A DNA stretch of 64,000 nucleotides from Prochlorococcus sp. AG-311-D23 (GTDB lineage: Bacteria; Cyanobacteriota; Cyanobacteriia; PCC-6307; Cyanobiaceae). The position numbers and the translations under genes were made by a program. The stretch spans positions 17,947 through 81,946 of the forward strand of contig QBVH01000001.1 of the NCBI GenBank assembly GCA_003284445.1. The letters run 5' to 3'. This document shows positions 41,873-52,029 of this stretch, piece by piece (positions within the stretch are counted from its first letter, which is position 1; the number at the start of each line of letters is the position of its first letter). A model generated the notes under the pieces. The model was not told the DNA's origin, searched no databases, and saw only the letters and a list, made by a program, of their open reading frames with translations.

Positions 41873-43540
41873 TTAAAGGGAAACAGGATCAACACCACTA
41901 ACCACCGGAGCAACTGAGTTTAATTCCATTTCAGGATGATCTTCCTTTAATTGATTAAGATTCCATTCATTTTTAAAAAGCAGTACTGGTCTAAGCCAAG
42001 CGTCTTGAACCGTTTTGCAATTAAAAATTCTTCCAACCTCCTCTAAAGCAGGCCATCCCCCTTTTACCCATCTGGCGACTTGATAACCCATTGGTTCAAG
42101 CCTAGTTTCCACACCATATTCACTAGAAAGTCGATGCTGTACCACCTCGAGCTGAAGCTGACCAACTGCGGCCAGAATAGGATCTCTTTTGCTTTGATCT
42201 TTATCGTAAAGAATTTGAACTGCTCCTTCCTCTCTTAATTCATTAACCCCTTTCCTAAAGTTTTTAAAAGCTGAAGGATTTGGATTTCTTAACCAACTAA
42301 ATATCTCGGGGCTAAAACATGGGATCCCCTCGAATTCGACTCTTGGTCCAATAAATAATGTATCTCCAATCGAAAACATCCCCGGATTATTCAAACCAAT
42401 AACATCCCCAGGATAAGCATCATCAACAACAGCCCTGTCTTGACCAAAAATCTTTTGAGGTCTTGAGAGTCTGATTTGTTTACCAGTCCTTGCGTGTTGA
42501 ACTGTCATATCTTTTTTAAACCTCCCACTACATACACGCACGAAGGCAACTCTATCCCTATGTTTTGGATCCATATTTGCTTGTAATTTAAATACAAATC
42601 CACTGAATGATTCTCTTGTAGGAACGATTGGTCCATCAAAGCTATTTCGAGCTACGGGTCCCTGAGATAGCTCAAGAAAATTATCTAAAAATGGTCTAAC
42701 CCCGAAGTTGGTCATTGCAGATCCAAAAAACACAGGAGTTAATTCGCCAGATAAGATTAATTCTTGACTTAAGTCACAACCAGCCTCATCCAGGATCTCA
42801 ATCTCTTCAAGTGCTTTTGTCAATAGCTCTTCCTCTACTAAATTTTTAAGTTCCGGATCATTTATTTTCAACCTTATTTCATTAGATTGCTTCCCTCTTT
42901 CCGCTCTAGAAAATAAAACAACTTCTTTGGTTGCCCGCTCAACAACACCTCTAAAAAGCTCACCACTTCCTATTGGCCAATTGACTGCAAAGGTTGATAA
43001 TCCTAATTCAGACTCAATCTCATCTAATAATTCCAGCGGTTCTTGACCTGGCCTATCCATCTTGTTGATGAATGTAAAAATTGGTATCTGACGCATTCTG
43101 CAAACCTCAAAAAGCTTCCTTGTTTGAGGTTCAAGTCCTTTTGCTGCATCCTCAAGCATTACTGCATTATCAGCTGCGGCAAGTGTTCTATATGTATCCT
43201 CCGAAAAGTCCTGGTGGCCAGGGGTATCTAATAAATTTATCGTCTTCTCTTTATAAGCAAATTGTAAAACAGTTGATGTAATTGATATTCCTCTTTGTTT
43301 TTCAATCTCCATCCAATCAGAAGTAACTTTTCTCTGTTCTCCTCTTGCTTTTACTGCTCCTGCTTGTTGAATAGCTCCTCCATAAAGTAAAAGTTTTTCT
43401 GTTAAAGTAGTCTTTCCTGCATCAGGGTGGGAAATAATCGCAAAATTTCTTCTTTTACTAACCTCGGAACTTAAAGATACAGTTAATTCTTCTTCTAAAT
43501 TTGGATCTAAATTAGTCCTGTCTTGGGGAGTTGATTTCAT
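41873..43540 (-). CDS. prfC: Peptide chain release factor 3
   Basis: [24 protein letters not shown] and [11 protein letters not shown]. Confidence 0.97.
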   Translation of the reverse strand: MKSTPQDRTNLDPNLEEELTVSLSSEVSKRRNFAIISHPDAGKTTLTEKLLLYGGAIQQAGAVKARGEQRKVTSDWMEIEKQRGISITSTVLQFAYKEKTINLLDTPGHQDFSEDTYRTLAAADNAVMLEDAAKGLEPQTRKLFEVCRMRQIPIFTFINKMDRPGQEPLELLDEIESELGLSTFAVNWPIGSGELFRGVVERATKEVVLFSRAERGKQSNEIRLKINDPELKNLVEEELLTKALEEIEILDEAGCDLSQELILSGELTPVFFGSAMTNFGVRPFLDNFLELSQGPVARNSFDGPIVPTRESFSGFVFKLQANMDPKHRDRVAFVRVCSGRFKKDMTVQHARTGKQIRLSRPQKIFGQDRAVVDDAYPGDVIGLNNPGMFSIGDTLFIGPRVEFEGIPCFSPEIFSWLRNPNPSAFKNFRKGVNELREEGAVQILYDKDQSKRDPILAAVGQLQLEVVQHRLSSEYGVETRLEPMGYQVARWVKGGWPALEEVGRIFNCKTVQDAWLRPVLLFKNEWNLNQLKEDHPEMELNSVAPVVSGVDPVSL

Positions 43541-43576
43541 TATTGTTTTTGGTTGTTCATTTGTTCAAGGGAAAAA

Positions 43577-44260
43577 TTAAATACACCCAATAATCTCAAA
43601 ATAAAGATCATCAACTTGAAAAACCTCCAATTGAGATAACCCTGCATTAATTAGTTGTTGAGTTACTTCATCAACTGTAAATGATGCCTTGAGAGATGCA
43701 TAAAAATCCTTTTTTAAAATTTCTGGGGAATTTGAAAGATGTTTTTCTTTTATCTCAAATGCTTTTTCTTCAGAAGTAGGCCTTATTAAATCACGATGCA
43801 TATGAATGCATTTGGTTTTACCAAGTTTTTTTAATGCACCCCAAAAACTATAAGGATCATGAAAATGATGCAAGGCGCTATTACTGACTAGGACATCAGC
43901 TTTAAAAGGAAAATGTGTTTCACCTTTGGCTATTGAATTAATTTCAATCAATTGATAAGAGAGATTCTTCGAAAGATTTTTGGAAAGTTTGTTTTCGGCT
44001 TCATTCAACATTTCCTTTGAGCCATCAATTCCTACAACATTTACTAAAGGCCAATTCTTGGCAATTCTCTCTGAAATATTTCCTGGCCCACATGCTATGT
44101 CAAAAATTAAATCAGTTTTATTAAGAGTTTTACCTACTTTTGTTAAATATTTTTCAAGCGATTTAATCACCATTGAATCACTCCTAGAGAAATCCGCATC
44201 CGCGTAAGCCCTTACCTGCGAGGGGCTTTGCATGAGTTCTGGTTCCGGTGTTCGCTTCAT
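43577..44260 (-). CDS. Class I SAM-dependent methyltransferase
   Basis: RTPEPELM, DIACGPG and SNSALHH. Confidence 0.88.
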   Translation of the reverse strand: MKRTPEPELMQSPSQVRAYADADFSRSDSMVIKSLEKYLTKVGKTLNKTDLIFDIACGPGNISERIAKNWPLVNVVGIDGSKEMLNEAENKLSKNLSKNLSYQLIEINSIAKGETHFPFKADVLVSNSALHHFHDPYSFWGALKKLGKTKCIHMHRDLIRPTSEEKAFEIKEKHLSNSPEILKKDFYASLKASFTVDEVTQQLINAGLSQLEVFQVDDLYFEIIGCI

Positions 44261-44293
44261 TTATAAAAAAAAACTTGTTTTTTTTCAAAGTTC

Positions 44294-44340
44294 ACCCTGT
44301 AGATGGTGTTAAAAAAACTTGCTAACGCTATACATGGCGT
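44294..44340 (+). promoter_or_regulatory. Tandem NrdR boxes upstream of nrdJ
   Basis: ACCCTGTAGATGGTGT (44294-44309) and ACGCTATACATGGCGT (44325-44340) resemble consensus acaCwAtATaTwGtgt, with canonical 31-bp spacing. Confidence 0.8.
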
Positions 44341-44373
44341 TAACGTAATAAATACAAAAGGGGTACAAAGATT

Positions 44374-46710
44374 TTGACAATCGCAACAAGCCAGCCCGAA
44401 ACCAATAATTCAGAATCGGGGGAAAGAAATGTTAGGACTGATTTCCCAATAACTGCACCTGCAGCTAATCCTGTCTTTTACAGAACCTATAGTAGGAAAC
44501 TTCCAGCTGGTCGTGAAAGCTGGGAACAAGTAAATAAAAGGAATTTGGATGGTCTAAAGAAGCTTGGGGGCCTAAATAAAGCAGAAATAAATTTAATGCA
44601 AAGAATGCAACAAGAGAAAAAAGCTCTTCCCTCAGGACGATGGCTATGGATAGGGGGAACAGAATGGATTGAAAAAGAGAAGAATTTTTCTGGAGCCTAC
44701 AATTGCACCTCAACTAATCTTGTTGATTGGCAAGCCTTTGGACTCATGATGGATTTAGCCATGATGGGTTGTGGAACGGGTGCGATAATTGAACCTCACT
44801 TGATTGATCAACTACCAGAGGTTAGAAATACAATTAATATTGCAAATGTTACAGATATTGGATTAACCCCTTCTGAAGAAAGAAATGAAAAGACTTCATT
44901 TTCTATTAAAGATAACAATGTACTCATAAAAGTTGGTGATAGTAGACGTGGATGGGTTGATAGCTATCAAAAAATCCTTGAATTAAGCAGTGACAATAGT
45001 TTCAATTCTAAAGTTGTAAATGTATCTATTGATTTAAAAGATGTAAGGCCAGCGGGTGAGTCACTCAAAGGTTTCGGAGGCATGGCTAACCCTGTAAAAC
45101 TCAAGGATTTGTACCCACGTGTGGCAACCCTTTTGAACAAAGCACAAGGGAGAAAACTAACTTCAATTGAATGTTGTCTACTTATCGACGAAGCAGCCGT
45201 AACAATCGTTGCTGGTAACATCAGAAGGAGTGCAGGTATGCGCCAATTTTCTTCGCAAGATTTAGAAGCGGCTGGTGCCAAAGAAAATTTATGGAAGCAA
45301 GACTCCGATGGTAATTGGAGTATTGACCCAGAGAAGGATGCATTAAGAATGGCTAACCATACTAGGGTTTATCACACCAAACCTGAATTAGAAGTTCTTG
45401 TCGATGCCGTTATTAAGCAATTTCATTCAGGTGAGGGAGCTATTCAATTTGCACCAGAGGCAATTGCTCGCTCAAATGCGGACATACTTTCAACAGTAGA
45501 ACTGAGGAATGAATTTATAGATATTTATTGTGACCAAGGGAAAGAAGAAGCCTCCAAATGGATTCAATCAAATTATGGTCCATTTGATGATAAAGAACTT
45601 ATTCACAGACTTAGTAGATATGGTCTTAACCCTTGCGGAGAAATTCTAGGTTCAGACTTTCACTGTAATCTTGCAGAAATTCATCTTAATCAAATTGATC
45701 CTTTAGACATAAATCAACAAGAAGATGCTTTCAAAGCAGCAGCTTTGTCAGTCGCCTGTCTACTTAATCATCGATTTGAAGTAGACAGATACAGAAAAAG
45801 TCGAGAATGGGATCCCATTGTTGGGGTAAGCTTCACAGGACTTTTTGACTTTTTTGTTCATGCGTTTGGGACCCCATGGTTAAAATGGTGGGAAGCTGGA
45901 CGACCTGAGACAAAAGAAGGAAAAGATTTTAAACTCAAAGAAGCTACCTTTTTGAGTCGATGGAGGAAGATCGTCAACGATACAGTTTTTGAGTATTGTG
46001 ACAGACATAATATTCGCCGTCCAAGTCGTTGTACGACAGTTCAACCTGCGGGGACAAAAAGTCTTCTAACAGGGGCTTCACCAGGTTGGCATCCTCCAAA
46101 AGCTCAGCGTTTTATTAGAAGAATTACTTTTAGAAAGAACGATCCAGTCGCATTAGCGTGCATGGATTATGGATATACAATCGTTCCTTCTCAGTCAGAT
46201 AAAGATGAAAATGGAAAATTACTAGACAATCCATTTGATCCAAAATGTACTGAGTGGCTGGTTGAAATACCGACTGAGGTAAGTTGGGCAAACATCCCTG
46301 GTGCGGATCAAATAGATATCAACAACTTCTCAGCTCTTGCACAATTTGATTTTTATATGCAAGTTCAAACAAACTACACAGACCACAACACCTCTGCCAC
46401 TATTGAATTCAGAGAAAATGAGATAGATGGTTTAGCTAAAGCTCTTCATAGCTCTATCAATGAAAATAAAGGTTATATTTCAGCTGCATTGTTGGCGAGG
46501 TTTGATGCAAATGCAACCTTTCCTAGACTTCCTTTTGAACCTATTGACGAAGAATGCTACACAAAAATGCAATCAGAGGTAATAAAAAGAAGAGACAATT
46601 GTGATTTCTTTGAAGCTCTTAGTCGATATGATCAGGGGGAGCTTACTGAAGCAGGTCCAGCAGGTTGCGATTCTGATAAATGCTTACTCCCACTAGCCAA
46701 ACCATCTTAA
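44374..46710 (+). CDS. nrdJ: Class II (adenosylcobalamin) ribonucleoside-triphosphate reductase
   Basis: RTYSR, AYNC, VAGNIRRSA, NPCGE, TTVQPAGT and C-terminal GCDSDKC. Confidence 0.95.
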   Translation: MTIATSQPETNNSESGERNVRTDFPITAPAANPVFYRTYSRKLPAGRESWEQVNKRNLDGLKKLGGLNKAEINLMQRMQQEKKALPSGRWLWIGGTEWIEKEKNFSGAYNCTSTNLVDWQAFGLMMDLAMMGCGTGAIIEPHLIDQLPEVRNTINIANVTDIGLTPSEERNEKTSFSIKDNNVLIKVGDSRRGWVDSYQKILELSSDNSFNSKVVNVSIDLKDVRPAGESLKGFGGMANPVKLKDLYPRVATLLNKAQGRKLTSIECCLLIDEAAVTIVAGNIRRSAGMRQFSSQDLEAAGAKENLWKQDSDGNWSIDPEKDALRMANHTRVYHTKPELEVLVDAVIKQFHSGEGAIQFAPEAIARSNADILSTVELRNEFIDIYCDQGKEEASKWIQSNYGPFDDKELIHRLSRYGLNPCGEILGSDFHCNLAEIHLNQIDPLDINQQEDAFKAAALSVACLLNHRFEVDRYRKSREWDPIVGVSFTGLFDFFVHAFGTPWLKWWEAGRPETKEGKDFKLKEATFLSRWRKIVNDTVFEYCDRHNIRRPSRCTTVQPAGTKSLLTGASPGWHPPKAQRFIRRITFRKNDPVALACMDYGYTIVPSQSDKDENGKLLDNPFDPKCTEWLVEIPTEVSWANIPGADQIDINNFSALAQFDFYMQVQTNYTDHNTSATIEFRENEIDGLAKALHSSINENKGYISAALLARFDANATFPRLPFEPIDEECYTKMQSEVIKRRDNCDFFEALSRYDQGELTEAGPAGCDSDKCLLPLAKPS

Positions 46711-46808
46711 GACCAGTCATGCAATCTTGAGTGAGGATATTTTATATCCACCGAGAAAAATTTTAATTAATAAAAAAGGTTTACTTTTCAAAGAAATCTT
46801 AAAAATAA

Positions 46809-47132
46809 TTGTCCAAATTAGAAAATTTGGCTAAATATTACATAGGTATTGTCTTCCCAAAAATTTCAATGACTACAACAAATAAACCATTAAAAATAAG
46901 TGGCACAAGTACTAATGATGCACTTATCGATCAACTGCGAGCTTGTAAAAACCCAGATGAAATTCTCAAATTCGAGAAATGGTTCAATAACAATATTGAA
47001 TCAGACAAACTTTATAAAAGAATTTGTGAACTACTAAAAAACAGAAGTATTTCAAGGGCATTAGGATCAAAATGGCTCCTAACGCTCATTGAAGATCGAG
47101 AAAAAACTATAAATAAGTTGTTGGTTCAATAA
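46809..47132 (+). CDS. Conserved hypothetical protein
   Basis: 107-aa ORF; likely start at MTTT. Confidence 0.65.
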   Translation: MSKLENLAKYYIGIVFPKISMTTTNKPLKISGTSTNDALIDQLRACKNPDEILKFEKWFNNNIESDKLYKRICELLKNRSISRALGSKWLLTLIEDREKTINKLLVQ

Positions 47133-47183
47133 TATTTTATTTAGGTTTACTAATCCAAAATCGATTTTTATTTTCCTTTCAAT

Positions 47184-47378
47184 TTAGAAAGGAAATGGTC
47201 CTGTTGCTCCGCTTGAAGCAGTAAAGCCGGAGAGAGCCCAAATCCCAAAGGAAAACAGTGCACATCCAATAAAGAACATCAAGTGAGCTACATAACGGTA
47301 TTTCTCTTTTTGACTAATACCACCCTCCATTGGAAGGTCTCCAAGGAAACGAGATTGTGAGCTCTTGTTGCTTGCCAT
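47184..47378 (-). CDS. Small membrane protein
   Basis: 64 aa, one TM helix, GPFPF at the end. Confidence 0.7.
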   Translation of the reverse strand: MASNKSSQSRFLGDLPMEGGISQKEKYRYVAHLMFFIGCALFSFGIWALSGFTASSGATGPFPF

Positions 47379-47576
47379 GAATGTGATTTACCAATGTTTG
47401 AAATTATTGCACAAATAATCTCATTGACATTTACGGATACAGAGAATCTATAGGTTCTGAAATTTTTACAAGCTTACAAGCATCCCATTTGAAAGTGAAT
47501 TAATAGAAAAGTGATGAAATTCTCGTTTGAGCAATTTTTTTAAGAATTCTGAAGTTAATAAGGTAAAATCTGAAGT

Positions 47577-47620
47577 GGAGAGTTGGTCGAGCGGTTTATG
47601 GCTCTAGTCTTGAAAACTAG
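47577..47620 (+). repeat. 5' half of tRNA-Ser(TGA), left attachment site
   Basis: 44 bp identical to 51943-51986, ending exactly after the anticodon arm CTAGTCTTGAAAACTAG. Confidence 0.92.
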
Positions 47621-48161
47621 AATTTATTACTATAAAACTAACAATATATAAGCTGTAATGACTTACTATAATTAACTTTTAATTACTTTATACTTGCAAA
47701 AAATTTTTAATTATCAATACTCGAATGTTAATTTTATCTGTCTTTTTATAATGAAATGGTCAACTTTCGGTCTTCTTCGACCAAGTGGTCAGAAGCGGTC
47801 ATGGAAACTAGCGACGTATAAAAAATGGCTCAGCTATGGTCAGTCTAAATCAATCACTCAGAATTCCTTATGGAATAAGTCGTTTATCCATACGTAAATT
47901 TTCACAGCTAGAGTTCGACTCTAATCGTCCGTGAAAACTGATGGTGTTGACCATTCTATTAATTACCCCAATCTTTGACATACTCATAAAAAAGTAGAGG
48001 GAGGGGGGAGATATTTAGACTGGAAGGCAAGCTATATAAATGTTCTGTATAGCTTTAGCTAAAATTTTGGTATCCCAGAGTCTCAACAAATAAAGAAGAA
48101 TAGAACATCTAAGCGAAATATACTAAAATAATTTAAAGAGAAATTAAAAAGTAAAAGCTCC

Positions 48162-50606
48162 ATGCCCACGATTTGCGAATTATGTGGCTCTATACAAAGT
48201 AAAAGCATTACAAATTCATGCTCAAACTGCTCTTTTTCACTTCAAGAATCAATAAGAAAATTAGAAGCGAAACATGTTTTAATACCAGAAATAGATAAAT
48301 TATACTCGTATAGAAGTATCACATTATCTAATATAAAAGAAAACATATTTGAGTTGCTTAATAATAAACCTATAAGGTTAATAGCGGATCTTGATATCAT
48401 TAACTCTGCTATAATATATATTCCATTTTGTAGATTAAAGTACAAATATAGATGTGAGTATGAATATACTGCTATAGATACTGAAAGGGTACCTTATACT
48501 GTTCATGTAAGAAGGTACCCAAACGGAGCCTTTGGAGGAGGTGACTATACGGAGGCAACGACAGAATGGAAAACAGTTGAGCGTAATGCTAGAAAAGTAG
48601 AAGATTATCTAACAGGAACTTTCTCATTATCTAATACTTCTATAGACTTAGTTAATACCTTTAAATCAAGCTATGATTCAAATCATGAAAGTCTTGATAT
48701 TAATAAAAAGATAATCAATAAAGAAGTCAAATCGTTATCTTTAGATGAAATGGTGAGCGATATTCAAAAAAAAGTGATTTATCTAGAAAATGAAAAAGTT
48801 AACAATCTCAGGCCAGCAAAGAGCATTAGTAAAACCATAAAAATGACATCCCTATCTATTACTGAAAATGAATATGCTGATATTAATATTGGATTAATGG
48901 AACATGAAACAGAACGAATATCAAAATCAAAAAAAGGAAAAGATGTTGATAAAATTGTATGGAATGATATTAACTCTAGAAGTTTTGAAGGAGACAGAGT
49001 CAGAAATAAGAAAATGTCTTACGAAGTTGAACAAATTGATGAGACAATACTTCTAATACCATATTTAATACAGCATTATCAAAGTTCTGATAAATATAAC
49101 TTTTTTACTTTTAATAATCTAATTAATGGGAAAGGGAGAAGAATTTTAGAACCAAAAACACTAGATAGTGAAACAAATCCTTTTAGATTTTCATACATTA
49201 CACCCTTAATATTTTTTGCACTTTCAATGTTTATAAATTATATTATAAAATCAGAAACAAATATTTCAACATTGGGTTCAACTGGTGCATTATCATTTTT
49301 TGGTTTTCCACTATTTATCGCCTTTTGGATAAAATGTGCAACAAAAGAAGGTAAAATATATATAGCCAGCACTAAGAGTATACTTGATAAGAAGATAAAT
49401 ATAATTAATGCAGCAAGCATTAGTTCTCTAGCATCAAGCAAAACAAATCTACAGGTTGGATTTGATACAGTAAAAAGCAAAGAGATTGAATATAAGAAAA
49501 TAAAGATATTAAATAAAAGATTAGGATTAAATGTAATAGCAAAAATAATAGCAGTTTTATTTCCAATAATTGATTTAATTTTTACTCTTACAAACTGGCA
49601 AAAATTAGGAGATCATTTGGAATTAAATTCACATATAATTGCTCCATTATTGATAATGATTATATTTGGATCATTATCAATAATTATTTCTGAAAAAATT
49701 TTTAAATTCAAATTACTAAATAATGTTAATATTAGAAAAACCAAAGAAAATAAGTTTAATTTTACATCATTAATTAATAATAACAAGAAAGCTTTAAAAA
49801 CAATTATAATTAGTTTAATATCAGGAGGAATAGGATTAAGTATTGGCCAATCTAGTTACAATAAGAATACAAAGGGTGAAATAAAAAGACCAGCTCAAGA
49901 AAAAATAAATTTAAACACTATTAACAATAATATGACAAGCAAGGATTACGTTAGGAAAGGTAATGAAAACTTTAATTCTAAGAATTATAAGCTAGCGATT
50001 TTAGACTATACAAAAGCAATTGATATCAACCAAAATAGTGACGGCTCATATTTTAATCGTTCTCTAGCTAAGCACATGCTAGATAATGATATAGGCGCAA
50101 TCGAAGATTTAAACAAAGCAATTAAAATCAATAAAAACGAATCTAAATATTATTACCAACGTGGACTATCTAAGTATTATATAAAAGATTTTAAGGGATC
50201 AATTAATGATTTTACGTACGCTATAGAACTAAATCCTAAAAACTTCAAATCTCACTTCCAAAGAGGTCTTTCTAAAAATATGCTTAAAGATCCTGAAGGT
50301 GCGATTTTAGATTACAATAAGTCAATAGAATTAAATCCTAAATACTTTAGTTCTTACATGAATCGTGGTCTTTCTAAATCTCAAATTAATGATTTCAAGG
50401 GTGCGATTATTGATTTTAATAAAACAATAGAAATAAATCCAAAATATGGAGCGGCATTCAATTCTAGAGCGAATGCAAATCTTAAATTAGGAAAGGAAAA
50501 TATTGCATGTATTGATATAAAAAAAGCTTCATCTCTTGGAAATAAGTCTTCAACAGAATATTTAAACAGTGAATCGGGACAATGGTGCTTTAAAGCTAAG
50601 AATTAG
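48162..50606 (+). CDS. Zn-ribbon + multi-TM + C-terminal TPR protein
   Basis: CELC...CSNC at the N-terminus, about 4-5 hydrophobic helices, and about 6 TPR repeats (RG.SK....D..GAI.D..K.IE.NP). Confidence 0.85.
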   Translation: MPTICELCGSIQSKSITNSCSNCSFSLQESIRKLEAKHVLIPEIDKLYSYRSITLSNIKENIFELLNNKPIRLIADLDIINSAIIYIPFCRLKYKYRCEYEYTAIDTERVPYTVHVRRYPNGAFGGGDYTEATTEWKTVERNARKVEDYLTGTFSLSNTSIDLVNTFKSSYDSNHESLDINKKIINKEVKSLSLDEMVSDIQKKVIYLENEKVNNLRPAKSISKTIKMTSLSITENEYADINIGLMEHETERISKSKKGKDVDKIVWNDINSRSFEGDRVRNKKMSYEVEQIDETILLIPYLIQHYQSSDKYNFFTFNNLINGKGRRILEPKTLDSETNPFRFSYITPLIFFALSMFINYIIKSETNISTLGSTGALSFFGFPLFIAFWIKCATKEGKIYIASTKSILDKKINIINAASISSLASSKTNLQVGFDTVKSKEIEYKKIKILNKRLGLNVIAKIIAVLFPIIDLIFTLTNWQKLGDHLELNSHIIAPLLIMIIFGSLSIIISEKIFKFKLLNNVNIRKTKENKFNFTSLINNNKKALKTIIISLISGGIGLSIGQSSYNKNTKGEIKRPAQEKINLNTINNNMTSKDYVRKGNENFNSKNYKLAILDYTKAIDINQNSDGSYFNRSLAKHMLDNDIGAIEDLNKAIKINKNESKYYYQRGLSKYYIKDFKGSINDFTYAIELNPKNFKSHFQRGLSKNMLKDPEGAILDYNKSIELNPKYFSSYMNRGLSKSQINDFKGAIIDFNKTIEINPKYGAAFNSRANANLKLGKENIACIDIKKASSLGNKSSTEYLNSESGQWCFKAKN

Positions 50607-50968
50607 TAAAGGTATTAACTTTTAAAGAATTTTTATTCTTAAATTTAATTATAACTTAAAAAATTTAATGTAATTGATTCTAAGAGTTTGATAAAAGAAC
50701 ATAAACGACTCTACCAATAACAAGGCATAATATAAAATAAAAAAATTGATCAGACTGTCTTGACAAGATTCTTCTTGTTTTTTCTAAACTAATACTTTGT
50801 CAAATGTTTTGCAAAGATCTTAAAGAGTTATCAATAATGAATTACGGAAGTAATTTAAATAATCTGAAAGGGAATTTCTTATTTTGAGTATCTAGTGTGT
50901 AGTAAAAGTAATTCTATTAATAGCAATGAAGTTCAATAATTCGTACCCTTTCAAAAAAGTGATAAGAA

Positions 50969-50991
50969 TTCCCCTAGCCAAGTAAGGGGAC
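50969..50991 (-). terminator. Putative terminator of the minus-strand island gene
   Basis: On the minus strand, a TCCCCT-loop-AGGGGA stem followed by ATTCTT, about 10 bp after the stop at 51002. Confidence 0.55.
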
Positions 50992-51001
50992 TAGTAATTA
51001 A

Positions 51002-51611
51002 TTAAGAAGCTCTAGCATTGTCGTTGTCTTGCCAGCACGCAAGAACACGTCGAATTTGTTGAAGTTCCCTATGTGTCTCAACGTATTGACGACACATTTC
51101 ATCTTTTAAATCACGTACGTCTTCAACAATGAGGAATTTATTCCTCTCCTGTCGAGTCGCCAGATGACTCAATAATCGATTGGAGGAAACTAGTGCGGGA
51201 TTCAATTTGTTGAATAAGAGAGTTACGCCATCTTTCAACCACTTCAGGTGATTTTGAGGCTTCTCTAATTTCTTTACAGGCTTCCTCTGGTGTGAGTAAC
51301 TCTGTTGAAATTCTGGCGTTTGCCCAATCTTTTGCTCTTTTTGCATGTTCTTTTGATTTAGGTTTGTTGATCAATGAAATGGCACTATCAATTAATCCTT
51401 CAGCTCTTAAAACAGCAAAATATCTGCCACTAATTCCAAGATCATGAAGAGGGTTCCTACCCTTTTCAATGTTCTTAAAAAACCTAGAAATAACGTTTTT
51501 ACGTCCTAAAGGTGTAAGACCTCTAATCAACTCACCATTAACTTCGACTTGAGTCACAACTGGTGGGTGATTTTTGGCGATACTTGTGGCATAGCGGTTC
51601 TGCCTTGGCAT
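51002..51611 (-). CDS. Unknown island protein, probably one frameshifted gene (ORFs 51138-51644 and 51002-51346)
   Basis: Two overlapping open frames offset by +1, with a promoter upstream and a terminator after the second stop. ATG 51611 (MPRQNRY) is the likely start. Confidence 0.6.
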
Positions 51612-51783
51612 TTGTAAGAAAAGCAAAGGTTGATAGAACCGCATCCATCAATCACCTAAAGACTCAGAAATATGAGCAAGGGTACGGCTAGAAAATGAAT
51701 TTCCTAGGGTTCACTCGGCAGGATATGACGGTAGTCCCTCCCATTAGGGCGTTCAGTCCTGGCAAAGCAACTCATGCGGACTA

Positions 51784-51815
51784 ACACCATATATGGGGTT
51801 GCATAAAAATGCAAC
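51784..51815 (-). promoter_or_regulatory. Sigma70-like promoter (TTGCAT-N17-TATGGT) overlapped by an NrdR-box-like site and a palindrome
   Basis: -35 at 51809-51814 and -10 at 51786-51791 on the minus strand. ACACCATATATGGGGT at 51784-51799; GTTGCAT-AAAA-ATGCAAC at 51798-51815. Confidence 0.6.
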
Positions 51816-51942
51816 TAATAAAAGCTAACTCTAGGGAAAGAGATTTTGGAAATAATCTGCAAAATTGGCTAAGTGACTCAAGTTAATTGTTTTATTCAAA
51901 AAAAATTCAAAAATTCTAATGCAGTACTGTAAAGTAGAAGGT

Positions 51943-52029
51943 GGAGAGTTGGTCGAGCGGTTTATGGCTCTAGTCTTGAAAACTAGCATGGGGGCAACTC
52001 CATCGGGGGTTCGAATCCCCCACTCTCCG
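51943..52029 (+). tRNA. trnS: tRNA-Ser(TGA), intact, CCA not encoded
   Basis: GGAGAGT/ACTCTCC acceptor stem, CTAGT-CTTGAAA-ACTAG anticodon arm, long variable arm, GGTTCGAATCC T arm and G discriminator. Confidence 0.96.

Noticed and set aside
44374-46710. Possible intein or intron in nrdJ
   Set aside because: The 778-aa ORF is continuous, of ordinary length, and has no splicing or homing-endonuclease motifs.
47694-47897. 67-aa ORF at the island's left end as a possible excisionase or integrase fragment
   Set aside because: No HTH/AlpA or recombinase motifs, and it overlaps the arm-like repeats.
51612-51780. Leader as a retron msr-msd, hammerhead ribozyme or known riboswitch
   Set aside because: No reverse transcriptase is nearby, there is no CUGANGA/GAAA core, and I cannot match it to a known family. 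Kept only as an unknown structured leader.
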